Shown here: piece by piece, positions 16,802 to 24,304 of the stretch
Numbering within the stretch: position 1 is the stretch's first letter
Layout: each line of letters begins with the position of its first letter
Notes under the pieces: generated by a model
The model's database searches: none
Told to the model about the DNA's origin: nothing
The model's input: only the letters and a program-made list of their open reading frames with translations
Origin: a virus
Lineage: Duplodnaviria; Caudoviricetes
Reading direction: 5' to 3' (one strand)
Length of the DNA: 24,632 nucleotides
Virus record (IMG/VR): IMGVR_UViG_3300051212_000147
Coordinates: 1 to 24,632 of that record
Translations under genes and position numbers: made by a program

Positions 16802-17932
16802 ATGTCAGATAACTTAAACGAAAAGTTTGAGGAGCTTGTAACTGAGTCAGATGTAATGACGAGTGCGCTCTCTCCCGCTATTGTTCCTGGACAATCATCT
16901 GGTATCGGTCAATACATGCATCCAGTAACTGGTCAAGTAAGTGACGCGCAAACTCGCGGCGGTCATAAAGATTCAGGTTTTGAACTACCTACCTCTCTTG
17001 CTCCTGGGCAGTCAGAGGAAGATAATGGTGGTTCAGATTTTGAATCACCAGAAGGTGAGGATAATCCTGGAGCAAAGGCTGCTAAGCATAATAGCAAAGT
17101 TAGCGATGAGCAAACTCGCGGCAAGCACCAAGATTCAGGTTTCTCGGTTAAGTCATCTGGGTATGGCGTTGAGAATGGTCCTAACAATACAAAAGTATTT
17201 GGTATGGAAGCAATCAACTATTCCGCTGCGGAAGATGTTGCTGCCCTTACCGAAGGCGAAGAGTTCTCTGAAGATTTCAAAGCAAAGGCAACTACAATTT
17301 TTGAAGCGGCTGTTAAGTCACGTATCGAAGAGCAAGTAAATGCTATTGCTGGTCAACTTCAAGAGCAATTCTCTGTCAAACTCCAAGAGGAGATTGCTGC
17401 ACTTGCAGAGAAAGTTGATGAAACACTCAACTATGCAATCACCACTTGGGTAGAAGAGAACCAAGTTGCACTCGATGCAGGTCTCAAGCTTGAGATCGCT
17501 GAAGAGTTCATGGGTGGTCTCAAAAAAGTTTTTGAAGAAAACTACCTCGACCTTCCATCTGAGAAGGTAGATGTTGTGGCAACCATGACCGAGGAGCTTT
17601 GTGAAATGGAAGGTCGTCTCAACGAACAGGTTGAGCGTAACATTGATCTTAATAATAAACTCGCTGGTTATCAAAAGCAAGTTATCCTTTCTCAAATGAG
17701 CGAGGGTCTTGTTGATACCCAAAGAGAAAAACTTGCTTCTCTTGCAGAAGGAGTTGAGTTTGTTTCGGAAGAAGATTTCCGCAATAAAGTTTCAACACTC
17801 ATCGGAAGTTATTTCCCTAAGCATGTAGTTAACGAGCAAGTAACACCTGAGGTCTCGGGCGAGCAATCATCGGAAGAAGTATCACCAGTAATGGCTGCAT
17901 ACCTTCAGGCGATTTCCCGCTGGAGCAACTGA
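16802..17932 (+). CDS. gp22: Prohead core scaffold protein gp22
   Basis: SEDFKAKATTIFEAAV and EKLASLAEGVEF motifs; coiled-coil acidic composition; directly before g23. Confidence 0.93.
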   Translation: MSDNLNEKFEELVTESDVMTSALSPAIVPGQSSGIGQYMHPVTGQVSDAQTRGGHKDSGFELPTSLAPGQSEEDNGGSDFESPEGEDNPGAKAAKHNSKVSDEQTRGKHQDSGFSVKSSGYGVENGPNNTKVFGMEAINYSAAEDVAALTEGEEFSEDFKAKATTIFEAAVKSRIEEQVNAIAGQLQEQFSVKLQEEIAALAEKVDETLNYAITTWVEENQVALDAGLKLEIAEEFMGGLKKVFEENYLDLPSEKVDVVATMTEELCEMEGRLNEQVERNIDLNNKLAGYQKQVILSQMSEGLVDTQREKLASLAEGVEFVSEEDFRNKVSTLIGSYFPKHVVNEQVTPEVSGEQSSEEVSPVMAAYLQAISRWSN

Positions 17933-17936
17933 TTAT

Positions 17937-17944
17937 AATAAATA
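17937..17944 (+). promoter_or_regulatory. Late promoter variant AATAAATA
   Basis: Intergenic g22-g23, upstream of SD GGAG. Confidence 0.75.
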
Positions 17945-17979
17945 ATTTTAACCCCAATCACTCAACGGAGTAAAAGCAA

Positions 17980-19395
17980 ATGTCAAGTACACGACTTTTG
18001 CAGGAAAAGTGGGCACCTGTTCTCGGTCATAAAGACCTTCCTGAAATTAAGGACGCATATCGCAGACAGGTTGTTGCTACCCTGCTAGAAAACCAAGAGC
18101 GTGCAATCCGCGAAGAGCATGGAATGCTCAACGAAGTTGCCGTCAACTCACTCGGCGCTGGAACCATCTCACCTGCTGGTTCAGCTCTATCATCGACCAA
18201 CACTGCTGGTCTTGCTGGTTTCGATCCTATCCTAATCAGCCTAATCCGCCGTTCAATGCCTAACCTTGTCGCTTATGACATCGCTGGCGTTCAACCAATG
18301 AGCGGTCCTACTGGTCTTATCTTCGCAATGCGTGCTCGTTACGAAGCTCAGAACGGTGCTGAGGCACTATACTATGAGCCAGACGAAGCATTCTCTGCTG
18401 GTTCAGATGCTTCACAAGGCGCTTACAGCGTTCGCAACGCTTCTGGTGTTGGTGGTGATGCAGAAGGCAACAACCCTGCAGTTCTTAACGACGGTTCACC
18501 TGGCACTTATGAAGTTGCTCGCGGCATGTCTCGTGAAACTTCTGAAATTCTAGGCGAAGCTGGTACACTCTTCCGCGAGATGTCATTCAGCATCGAGAAG
18601 ACCTCGGTGACTGCTAAGACACGCGCTCTCAAGGCAGAATACACCCTAGAACTAGCACAAGACCTCAAGGCAATCCATGGTCTTGATGCTGAGCAAGAGC
18701 TCGCCAACCTACTCTCAAGCGAAATCCTCGCTGAGATTAACCGTGAAATCATCCGTACCGTTTACACTGTTGCACTTCCTGGTGCTCAGAACGACGTTGC
18801 AACTCAGGGCACTTTCGACCTTGACATTGATTCAAACGGTCGTTGGATGGCAGAGAAGTTCAAGGGTCTCCTATTCCAGATTCAGCGTGATGCCAACGCA
18901 ATCGGTCAACTAACCCGTAGAGGTAAGGGCAACTTCATGATCTGCTCTGCAGACGTTGCTTCCGCTATGTCAATGGCTGGTATGCTTGACTACGCTCCTG
19001 CTCTCAACACTTCACTCAACGTTGATGACACTGGTAACGTATTTGCTGGTGTTCTCCAGGGTGGTATCCGTGTTTACATCGATCCATTCGGTGCTCCTAT
19101 CTATAGTCAGTCACAAGCTGCTAAGCACTACTACGTCATGGGTTATAAGGGCACATCACCTTATGATGCTGGTCTCTTCTATTGCCCATACGTTCCTCTC
19201 CAAATGGTTCGTAGTATCAACCCTGATACCTTCCAACCTAAGATTGGATTCAAGACCCGTTACGGCATGGTCAGCAACCCATTCGTTTCGACAACGAACG
19301 TTAATGGTATCGCTGGTGCTACTCCAGACGGTTCAGCTCTTACTCCTAATACTAACCAGTATTACAGAAGAGTTAAGGTTATCAACCTCACCTGA
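17980..19395 (+). CDS. gp23: Major capsid protein gp23
   Basis: EKWAPVL, GVQPMSGPTGLIFAMR, ELAQDLKAIHGLDAE, FYCPYVPL and FQPKIGFKTRYG motifs. Confidence 0.99.
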   Translation: MSSTRLLQEKWAPVLGHKDLPEIKDAYRRQVVATLLENQERAIREEHGMLNEVAVNSLGAGTISPAGSALSSTNTAGLAGFDPILISLIRRSMPNLVAYDIAGVQPMSGPTGLIFAMRARYEAQNGAEALYYEPDEAFSAGSDASQGAYSVRNASGVGGDAEGNNPAVLNDGSPGTYEVARGMSRETSEILGEAGTLFREMSFSIEKTSVTAKTRALKAEYTLELAQDLKAIHGLDAEQELANLLSSEILAEINREIIRTVYTVALPGAQNDVATQGTFDLDIDSNGRWMAEKFKGLLFQIQRDANAIGQLTRRGKGNFMICSADVASAMSMAGMLDYAPALNTSLNVDDTGNVFAGVLQGGIRVYIDPFGAPIYSQSQAAKHYYVMGYKGTSPYDAGLFYCPYVPLQMVRSINPDTFQPKIGFKTRYGMVSNPFVSTTNVNGIAGATPDGSALTPNTNQYYRRVKVINLT

Positions 19396-19412
19396 TTCTC
19401 AGGTCATTTCTC

Positions 19413-19437
19413 AAGACCCCTTCGGGGGTCTTTTTTT
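19413..19437 (+). terminator. Rho-independent terminator with c(UUCG)g tetraloop
   Basis: aagacccc-TTCG-ggggtctt, with a T7 tract at 19431-19437, directly after g23. Confidence 0.95.
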
Positions 19438-19442
19438 ATGCA

Positions 19443-19450
19443 AATAAATA
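19443..19450 (+). promoter_or_regulatory. Late promoter variant AATAAATA
   Basis: Immediately after the g23 terminator and before the g3 SD AAGGA. Confidence 0.7.
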
Positions 19451-19468
19451 GAGAAAAAGGATACAGTC

Positions 19469-19981
19469 ATGGCAGCAAAATGGTATGATGACCAACCAAA
19501 GAATAGAAATTTTTTGGCACCTAACGGTTTTAAACTTGATTTAGATATATTTGCTGGCATAGATTTTTATTGCCAGAGAGCATCTATTCCAGATATTAAT
19601 GTTCCAAATGCAATTGTTCCAACTCCTTTTAGACCTATTCCAATCGTATCTTCTGGTGGTTTGTCTTATGGTGATTTGAGAGTTACATTTATTATTGATG
19701 AAGACATGACCAATTATATTAATGTTTGGAATTGGATTCAAAAAAATAATTTGGGAGAAGGATTTGATGATTCGGAACCACAATATTCAGATGGCAGATT
19801 ATTAATTTTAAATAGTAATTTTAAAGAAAACATTATTGTTAATTTTGAACAATTATTTCCAGTAGATTTAACTGAAGTATCTTTTGATGTTGGAGATACC
19901 GAAGTTGAATATTTAACAGCGGACGTAACATTTAAATTTGTGCGCTATACTTTTAATAACAAACGAATGAAGAAACTATGA
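19469..19981 (+). CDS. gp3: Tail tube terminator / completion protein gp3
   Basis: NRNFLAPNGF, YGDLRVTFIIDEDMTNY, LFPVDL and YLTADVTFKF motifs; post-g23 position typical of cyanomyoviruses. Confidence 0.88.
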   Translation: MAAKWYDDQPKNRNFLAPNGFKLDLDIFAGIDFYCQRASIPDINVPNAIVPTPFRPIPIVSSGGLSYGDLRVTFIIDEDMTNYINVWNWIQKNNLGEGFDDSEPQYSDGRLLILNSNFKENIIVNFEQLFPVDLTEVSFDVGDTEVEYLTADVTFKFVRYTFNNKRMKKL

Positions 19982-20454
19982 AATTTGATGACTTGAGAAC
20001 ACTCTTTAATCATGTTAAATCAGAATGGCAAGAAGATTCACATATCGACTTCCAGTTTAAAAACAAACAATACTCAGCAGACCTAGCACAAATCTCGCTA
20101 GACATCCCTTACCAGCACAATAAATATTTAAACTTCTACAACGATTTCTCTACGGAGAAGACAGCACTGGAATTTCAGTATCGTATGAAGTTAAAAGAAA
20201 AAAGAGAATATTATCAAGGCGAAGCCGATCCTGAAGTTTACAAAGAAAAACCTTTTGGGCAATCCATAAAAACATCCGAGAAGATGAAAGTATATCTAGA
20301 AGCGGATGAGGATTTGATTAACATTGAGATGAAAATAGAGTTTATTAATAAGGCACTTTTCTTTTTGGATAATGTTCTTAAAATGATTTCCAATAGAAGT
20401 TTCCAAATTAAAAACGCTATCGAGTGGGAGAAATTTATTAACGGTAGCACCTAA
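19978..20454 (+). CDS. uvsY: Recombination mediator UvsY
   Basis: IPYQHNKYL, EYYQGEADPEVY and RSFQIKNAIEWEKF motifs. Confidence 0.9.
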   Translation: MKFDDLRTLFNHVKSEWQEDSHIDFQFKNKQYSADLAQISLDIPYQHNKYLNFYNDFSTEKTALEFQYRMKLKEKREYYQGEADPEVYKEKPFGQSIKTSEKMKVYLEADEDLINIEMKIEFINKALFFLDNVLKMISNRSFQIKNAIEWEKFINGST

Positions 20455-21932
20455 TGACAAATCTGGCAGTTGCAAAAAAGAACAACATTTATCTGACTAT
20501 CAAAGCAGAACCTCATGTTCATTACGAATTAGCAGATTACTTTACGTTCGACATTCCTAATGCCAAGTTTATGCCACAGTATAGAAGTGGTATGTGGGAT
20601 GGCAAGATTAGATTGTATTCACCAGGAACAGGTGAACTATATTGTGGTTTAATCTCACACCTGAAAGAATGGTGTGATATCAAAAACTATTCTATTTCAT
20701 ACGAACCCAATAAGTTCTACGGAGATGTAGAAGAAAAGAACGACCAGATTACCTTAGAAGGTGTCAAAGGATTCATGGCGGCTGTGTGTCCGAATCATAA
20801 CCCAAGAGATTATCAAGTGCAAGCAGTATACGAAGCACTTCTAAATAACCGCAGGTTACTTTTGTCGCCTACTGCATCAGGTAAATCCCTGATGATCTAC
20901 TCTTTGGTTAGGTATTACTATGCCTCAGAATACAAAAAGACGGGTAAGAAAACGCTCATTATTGTTCCTACCACTTCGCTTGTTGAGCAAATGTATAATG
21001 ATTTTGCCGACTATGGTTGGGATACTGATAGCTACTGTCATAGAATATATGGTGGAAAAGATAAAAACGTAGAGAAAGCAGTTATCATTTCCACTTGGCA
21101 ATCTATCTACAAGTTTCCTAAACGTTGGTTTGATGACTTTTCCTGTGTCATCGGTGATGAAGCACACCTATTCAAATCCAAATCACTCACTGGCATCATG
21201 ACTAAACTACATGAAGCTAAGTATAGGTTTGGTTTCACTGGAACACTGGATGGTTCTGCTACTCACAAGTGGGTGCTAGAAGGATTGTTTGGTGAGTGTA
21301 AGCATGTTACCAAGACAGAGAAGCTTATTAAGGAAGGTCATCTATCTGATTTCAGAATCAAAGTTCTTTTGCTGAAGCATGAGAGAATGGAGTTCTTTGA
21401 TTATCAAGGAGAGATTGATGCAATTGTTGACAATCCAAAACGTAATCGTCTAATTAAAAATCTTGTGCGTGACTTAGAAGGAAACTCCCTAGTTTTATTC
21501 AACTATGTGGAGCGTCATGGAGTGCCACTTTACGAGGCAATAAATAGTATTGTCGAAGAAGGTCGTAAAGTTTTTCTGGTCTATGGTGGTGTAGATACAG
21601 AGGAACGCGAAGAGATTAGACGCATCACTGAAACTGAAAACAACGCAGTGATTGTTGCTTCATACGGAACATTCAGCACTGGCATCAACATTCGTAATCT
21701 ACACAATGTTGTATTTGCTTCACCATCAAAATCAAGAGTAAGAAACTTACAATCTATCGGTCGTGTATTGCGTAAGGGCAATAATAAAACTTACGCTACT
21801 CTTTATGACATTGCCGATGAGTATTGCAGAACACCACAGAAAAATTATACGCTGAAACATTTAGATGAGCGTTTGAAAATATATGAAGAAGAAAAGTTTA
21901 ATGTAGAAATCATCAAACTCGATTTAAAATAA
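20454..21932 (+). CDS. uvsW: SF2 helicase UvsW
   Basis: WDGKIRL, PRDYQ, SPTASGKS, GDEAH, GFTGT, STGINI and QSIGRVLR motifs. Confidence 0.97.
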   Translation: MTNLAVAKKNNIYLTIKAEPHVHYELADYFTFDIPNAKFMPQYRSGMWDGKIRLYSPGTGELYCGLISHLKEWCDIKNYSISYEPNKFYGDVEEKNDQITLEGVKGFMAAVCPNHNPRDYQVQAVYEALLNNRRLLLSPTASGKSLMIYSLVRYYYASEYKKTGKKTLIIVPTTSLVEQMYNDFADYGWDTDSYCHRIYGGKDKNVEKAVIISTWQSIYKFPKRWFDDFSCVIGDEAHLFKSKSLTGIMTKLHEAKYRFGFTGTLDGSATHKWVLEGLFGECKHVTKTEKLIKEGHLSDFRIKVLLLKHERMEFFDYQGEIDAIVDNPKRNRLIKNLVRDLEGNSLVLFNYVERHGVPLYEAINSIVEEGRKVFLVYGGVDTEEREEIRRITETENNAVIVASYGTFSTGINIRNLHNVVFASPSKSRVRNLQSIGRVLRKGNNKTYATLYDIADEYCRTPQKNYTLKHLDERLKIYEEEKFNVEIIKLDLK

Positions 21933-21933
21933 T

Positions 21934-22353
21934 ATGGAAGAAGAATTTTATGCAACTATTAAATTAACTTCTGGCGAAGAGATTGTAGCTAAAGTTAGTT
22001 ACGATCCAAATGATGATGTTATTGTAGTTTTAGAACCTCGTTTAGTTGAAAAGGTTGAGGAAAGAAAAAATAATTTAATCTATGAAGGTATTGTATTTGA
22101 TGATTGGATTAATGCAACGTATGAAGATATGTTTATTATTCCTCGTTGTCAAATTATTACTATGACGGAACTTGATTCTAAGATTGCATCTTGTTATGAA
22201 GAACATCTAGAAGACAAATCAAAATATAAAAAAAGAAATTCCCCTAAACCTAAATCAAATAATAAAAGACAAAACCCTAGAAGCCATGAAGGTTATCTAG
22301 GGTCTATTAAAGAAGCTAAGAAGTTATTAGAAGAGATATATAATAAATCTTGA
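21934..22353 (+). CDS. 139-aa hypothetical protein with putative Sm-like N-terminal fold
   Basis: IKLTSGEEIVAKV...VIVVLEPRLV...FIIPRCQIITM resembles the Sm1/Sm2 strand pattern; it has a basic linker and sits between uvsW and g55. The fold call is an inference. Confidence 0.7.
   Translation: MEEEFYATIKLTSGEEIVAKVSYDPNDDVIVVLEPRLVEKVEERKNNLIYEGIVFDDWINATYEDMFIIPRCQIITMTELDSKIASCYEEHLEDKSKYKKRNSPKPKSNNKRQNPRSHEGYLGSIKEAKKLLEEIYNKS
22264..22303 (-). terminator. Putative minus-strand intrinsic terminator
   Basis: Perfect 8-bp inverted repeat accctaga (22274-22281) / tctagggt (22296-22303). On the minus strand it is followed by tttgtctttt. Confidence 0.45.
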
Positions 22354-22363
22354 AGGCGCAACA
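22264..22363 (-). ncRNA. Predicted ~100-nt antisense small RNA
   Basis: Bounded by a perfect sigma70 promoter and a hairpin/U-tract, with no SD-led ORF inside. Existence is inferred. Confidence 0.4.
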
Positions 22364-22368
22364 TTGCT

Positions 22369-22397
22369 ATTATATACGGATTTAAGAGTTGTGTCAA
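22369..22397 (-). promoter_or_regulatory. Perfect-consensus sigma70 promoter on the minus strand (TTGACA-N17-TATAAT)
   Basis: tgtcaa at 22392-22397 (rc TTGACA), 17-nt spacer 22375-22391, attata at 22369-22374 (rc TATAAT). Confidence 0.8.
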
Positions 22398-22402
22398 GCC
22401 CC

Positions 22403-22431
22403 TTTACAATTCTCGTTGGGTATGTTACAAT
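22403..22431 (+). promoter_or_regulatory. sigma70-type early/middle promoter for g55 (TTTACA-N17-TACAAT, extended -10 TG)
   Basis: -35 at 22403-22408, TG at 22423-22424, -10 at 22426-22431. Confidence 0.75.
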
Positions 22432-22454
22432 ACAAACACCAACGGATATAAACC

Positions 22455-22970
22455 ATGTTAACAGTCGAAAAGCCGATGGGTAGACGAACTACAAAAGAAA
22501 ATTACGTCAACAACCGAGAGTTCCTCGATGCCCTGATGGTGTATCGACAGCAGGTTGCTGCTGCTAAAGAAGCAGGTCTATCCAAACCTAAAGTTCCTAA
22601 TTATATTGGAGAGTGTTTTCTTAAAATTGCTACACACCTATCATACAAACCTAACTTTGTCAACTACATGTTTAGGGAAGATATGATTTGTGATGGTATT
22701 GAAAATTGTCTGCAGTATATTGATAACTTTAATCCAGAGAAATCAACCAATCCATTTGCTTACTTCACTCAGATTATCTATTATGCTTTCTTGCGTAGGA
22801 TTCAACGTGAGAAAAAACAACTAGAAATCAAATCCAAGATTCTTGAACGGTCAGGATATGATGAAGTTTTGCATACAGATAGTTACAGTGGTGACATGAT
22901 AGGATATAATAGCAGCAGTGCTGACATGAACAGCATCAAAGAAAACCTTGAAATGCGAAGCAAGCGATGA
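22455..22970 (+). CDS. gp55: Late-transcription sigma factor gp55
   Basis: YVNNREFL, YIGECFLKIA, NFVNYMFREDMICDGIENC and NPFAYFTQIIYYAFLRRI motifs. Alternative start at 22476. Confidence 0.96.
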   Translation: MLTVEKPMGRRTTKENYVNNREFLDALMVYRQQVAAAKEAGLSKPKVPNYIGECFLKIATHLSYKPNFVNYMFREDMICDGIENCLQYIDNFNPEKSTNPFAYFTQIIYYAFLRRIQREKKQLEIKSKILERSGYDEVLHTDSYSGDMIGYNSSSADMNSIKENLEMRSKR

Positions 22971-24016
22971 CAGTAGCTCTTATTACCGACCAGCATTTAG
23001 ACGGGAGAAAAGGTAGTGTTGCGTTCTGGGAATACTTCAAAAAATTCTACGACGACATCTTTTTCCCAACACTGGAGAGACATGGAATCAAAACTGTTAT
23101 TGACCTCGGTGATACGTTTGATAATCGTAAGGGGATTGATTTCAATGTTTGGAACCGTGTGCGTAGTTATTATTTTCAACGCCTTGAAGATATGGGTATC
23201 TTCGTTCACATGATTCTTGGCAATCACTGCACCTACTATAAGAATACGAACGAGATTAACTCACCCGAACTTCTACTCAAGGACTTTAGCAACATCGAAA
23301 TCTACTCTCGCCCAGAGACAGTAATGATTGATGGTGCTAAGATTCTGATGTTGCCTTGGATTAACTCTTCTAACTACGAAGAGACAATGCGTTGGATTAA
23401 TGATACCAGTGCTGAGATTGCTATGGGTCATCTTGAACTATCTGGTTTTGAAGTAACTCCTGGCAATAAACAGGAGCATGGAATGGACCCTTCCATATTC
23501 AAAAAGTTTAAACAAGTATTCTCTGGTCACTATCATCACAAATCATCCAGAGGTAACATCACTTACCTGGGCAACCCTTACCAGATGTTCTGGAACGATT
23601 ATAAAGACGAGCGAGGATTTCATCTCTATGAACCGACAACAAATAAACTCAAGCGGGTCAAGAACCCTTATGAGATTTTCCAGAAAATCTATTATAATGA
23701 TTCTACTGGTTCTCATCTCAGCTTCAATACCAGTGAGTGTGCAAATTCTTTTGTCAAGATTATCGTAGAAGATAAAAAAGATTATACTGAGTTTGAAAAG
23801 TTTGTTGATTCTGTCTTTGCAACTCAACCACATGATGTAAAGATTATTGAAACTCTTGTCAACGATGCGTTTGTTGAAGATGATGAGAATGCAGAAATTA
23901 AAGATACTCTTACACTTCTTAATGAATATATTGATGAGGTAGAGATTGCCGTAGACAAAGCAAAGTTGAAGAGTGTAATGAAGTCACTATATATTGAGAG
24001 TTGTGAGGTAGTGTAA
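22967..24016 (+). CDS. gp47: Recombination endonuclease subunit gp47 (Mre11/SbcD-like)
   Basis: Phosphoesterase motifs TDQH, LGDTFD, GNH, GHLE and SGHYH. Confidence 0.96.
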   Translation: MTVALITDQHLDGRKGSVAFWEYFKKFYDDIFFPTLERHGIKTVIDLGDTFDNRKGIDFNVWNRVRSYYFQRLEDMGIFVHMILGNHCTYYKNTNEINSPELLLKDFSNIEIYSRPETVMIDGAKILMLPWINSSNYEETMRWINDTSAEIAMGHLELSGFEVTPGNKQEHGMDPSIFKKFKQVFSGHYHHKSSRGNITYLGNPYQMFWNDYKDERGFHLYEPTTNKLKRVKNPYEIFQKIYYNDSTGSHLSFNTSECANSFVKIIVEDKKDYTEFEKFVDSVFATQPHDVKIIETLVNDAFVEDDENAEIKDTLTLLNEYIDEVEIAVDKAKLKSVMKSLYIESCEVV

Positions 24017-24304
24017 ATGTTTCTAATCACTCTTGCTGAACATACTGATGGTGTGTACTCAGTCGTTGACGGTGAGGGTGACCATGTGATATACTTCTTT
24101 AGAGACGAAGACGATGCCGAAAGGTATCTCGGATTACTGGAAGCAAATGACGAAAGTGATTCGTTACCTCCTCTCACTACTCACGAAATAGACCTACGGG
24201 CTGGTGTTGGGATGTGTGAGTTGCGAGGTATGAAATACGTTATCGTTGAACCTGACGACATTATTGTTCCCCCTAGATCTTATGATAATTTTCAAGACGA
24301 TTAA
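24017..24304 (+). CDS. 95-aa DUF3110-like hypothetical protein
   Basis: GVYSV..VIYFFRDEDDAERYLGLLEA resembles the recalled cyanobacterial DUF3110 pattern (F-x-x-E-D-D-A-x-R-Y-x-x-L-L-E-A). Confidence 0.65.
   Translation: MFLITLAEHTDGVYSVVDGEGDHVIYFFRDEDDAERYLGLLEANDESDSLPPLTTHEIDLRAGVGMCELRGMKYVIVEPDDIIVPPRSYDNFQDD

Noticed and set aside
16941-19447. Alternative-frame and antisense ORFs inside g22 and g23 (e.g. 18956..19447, 17318..17722)
   Set aside because: Shadows of strongly biased codon usage, with no motifs or start signals.
19393-19490. Stop-codon read-through or frameshift extension of gp23
   Set aside because: The downstream frame crosses a strong terminator and yields no recognisable domain.
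9397-24016. Introns, inteins or homing endonucleases in g17, g20, g23, uvsW or g47
   Set aside because: The genes are uninterrupted and of ordinary length, with no splicing or endonuclease motifs seen.
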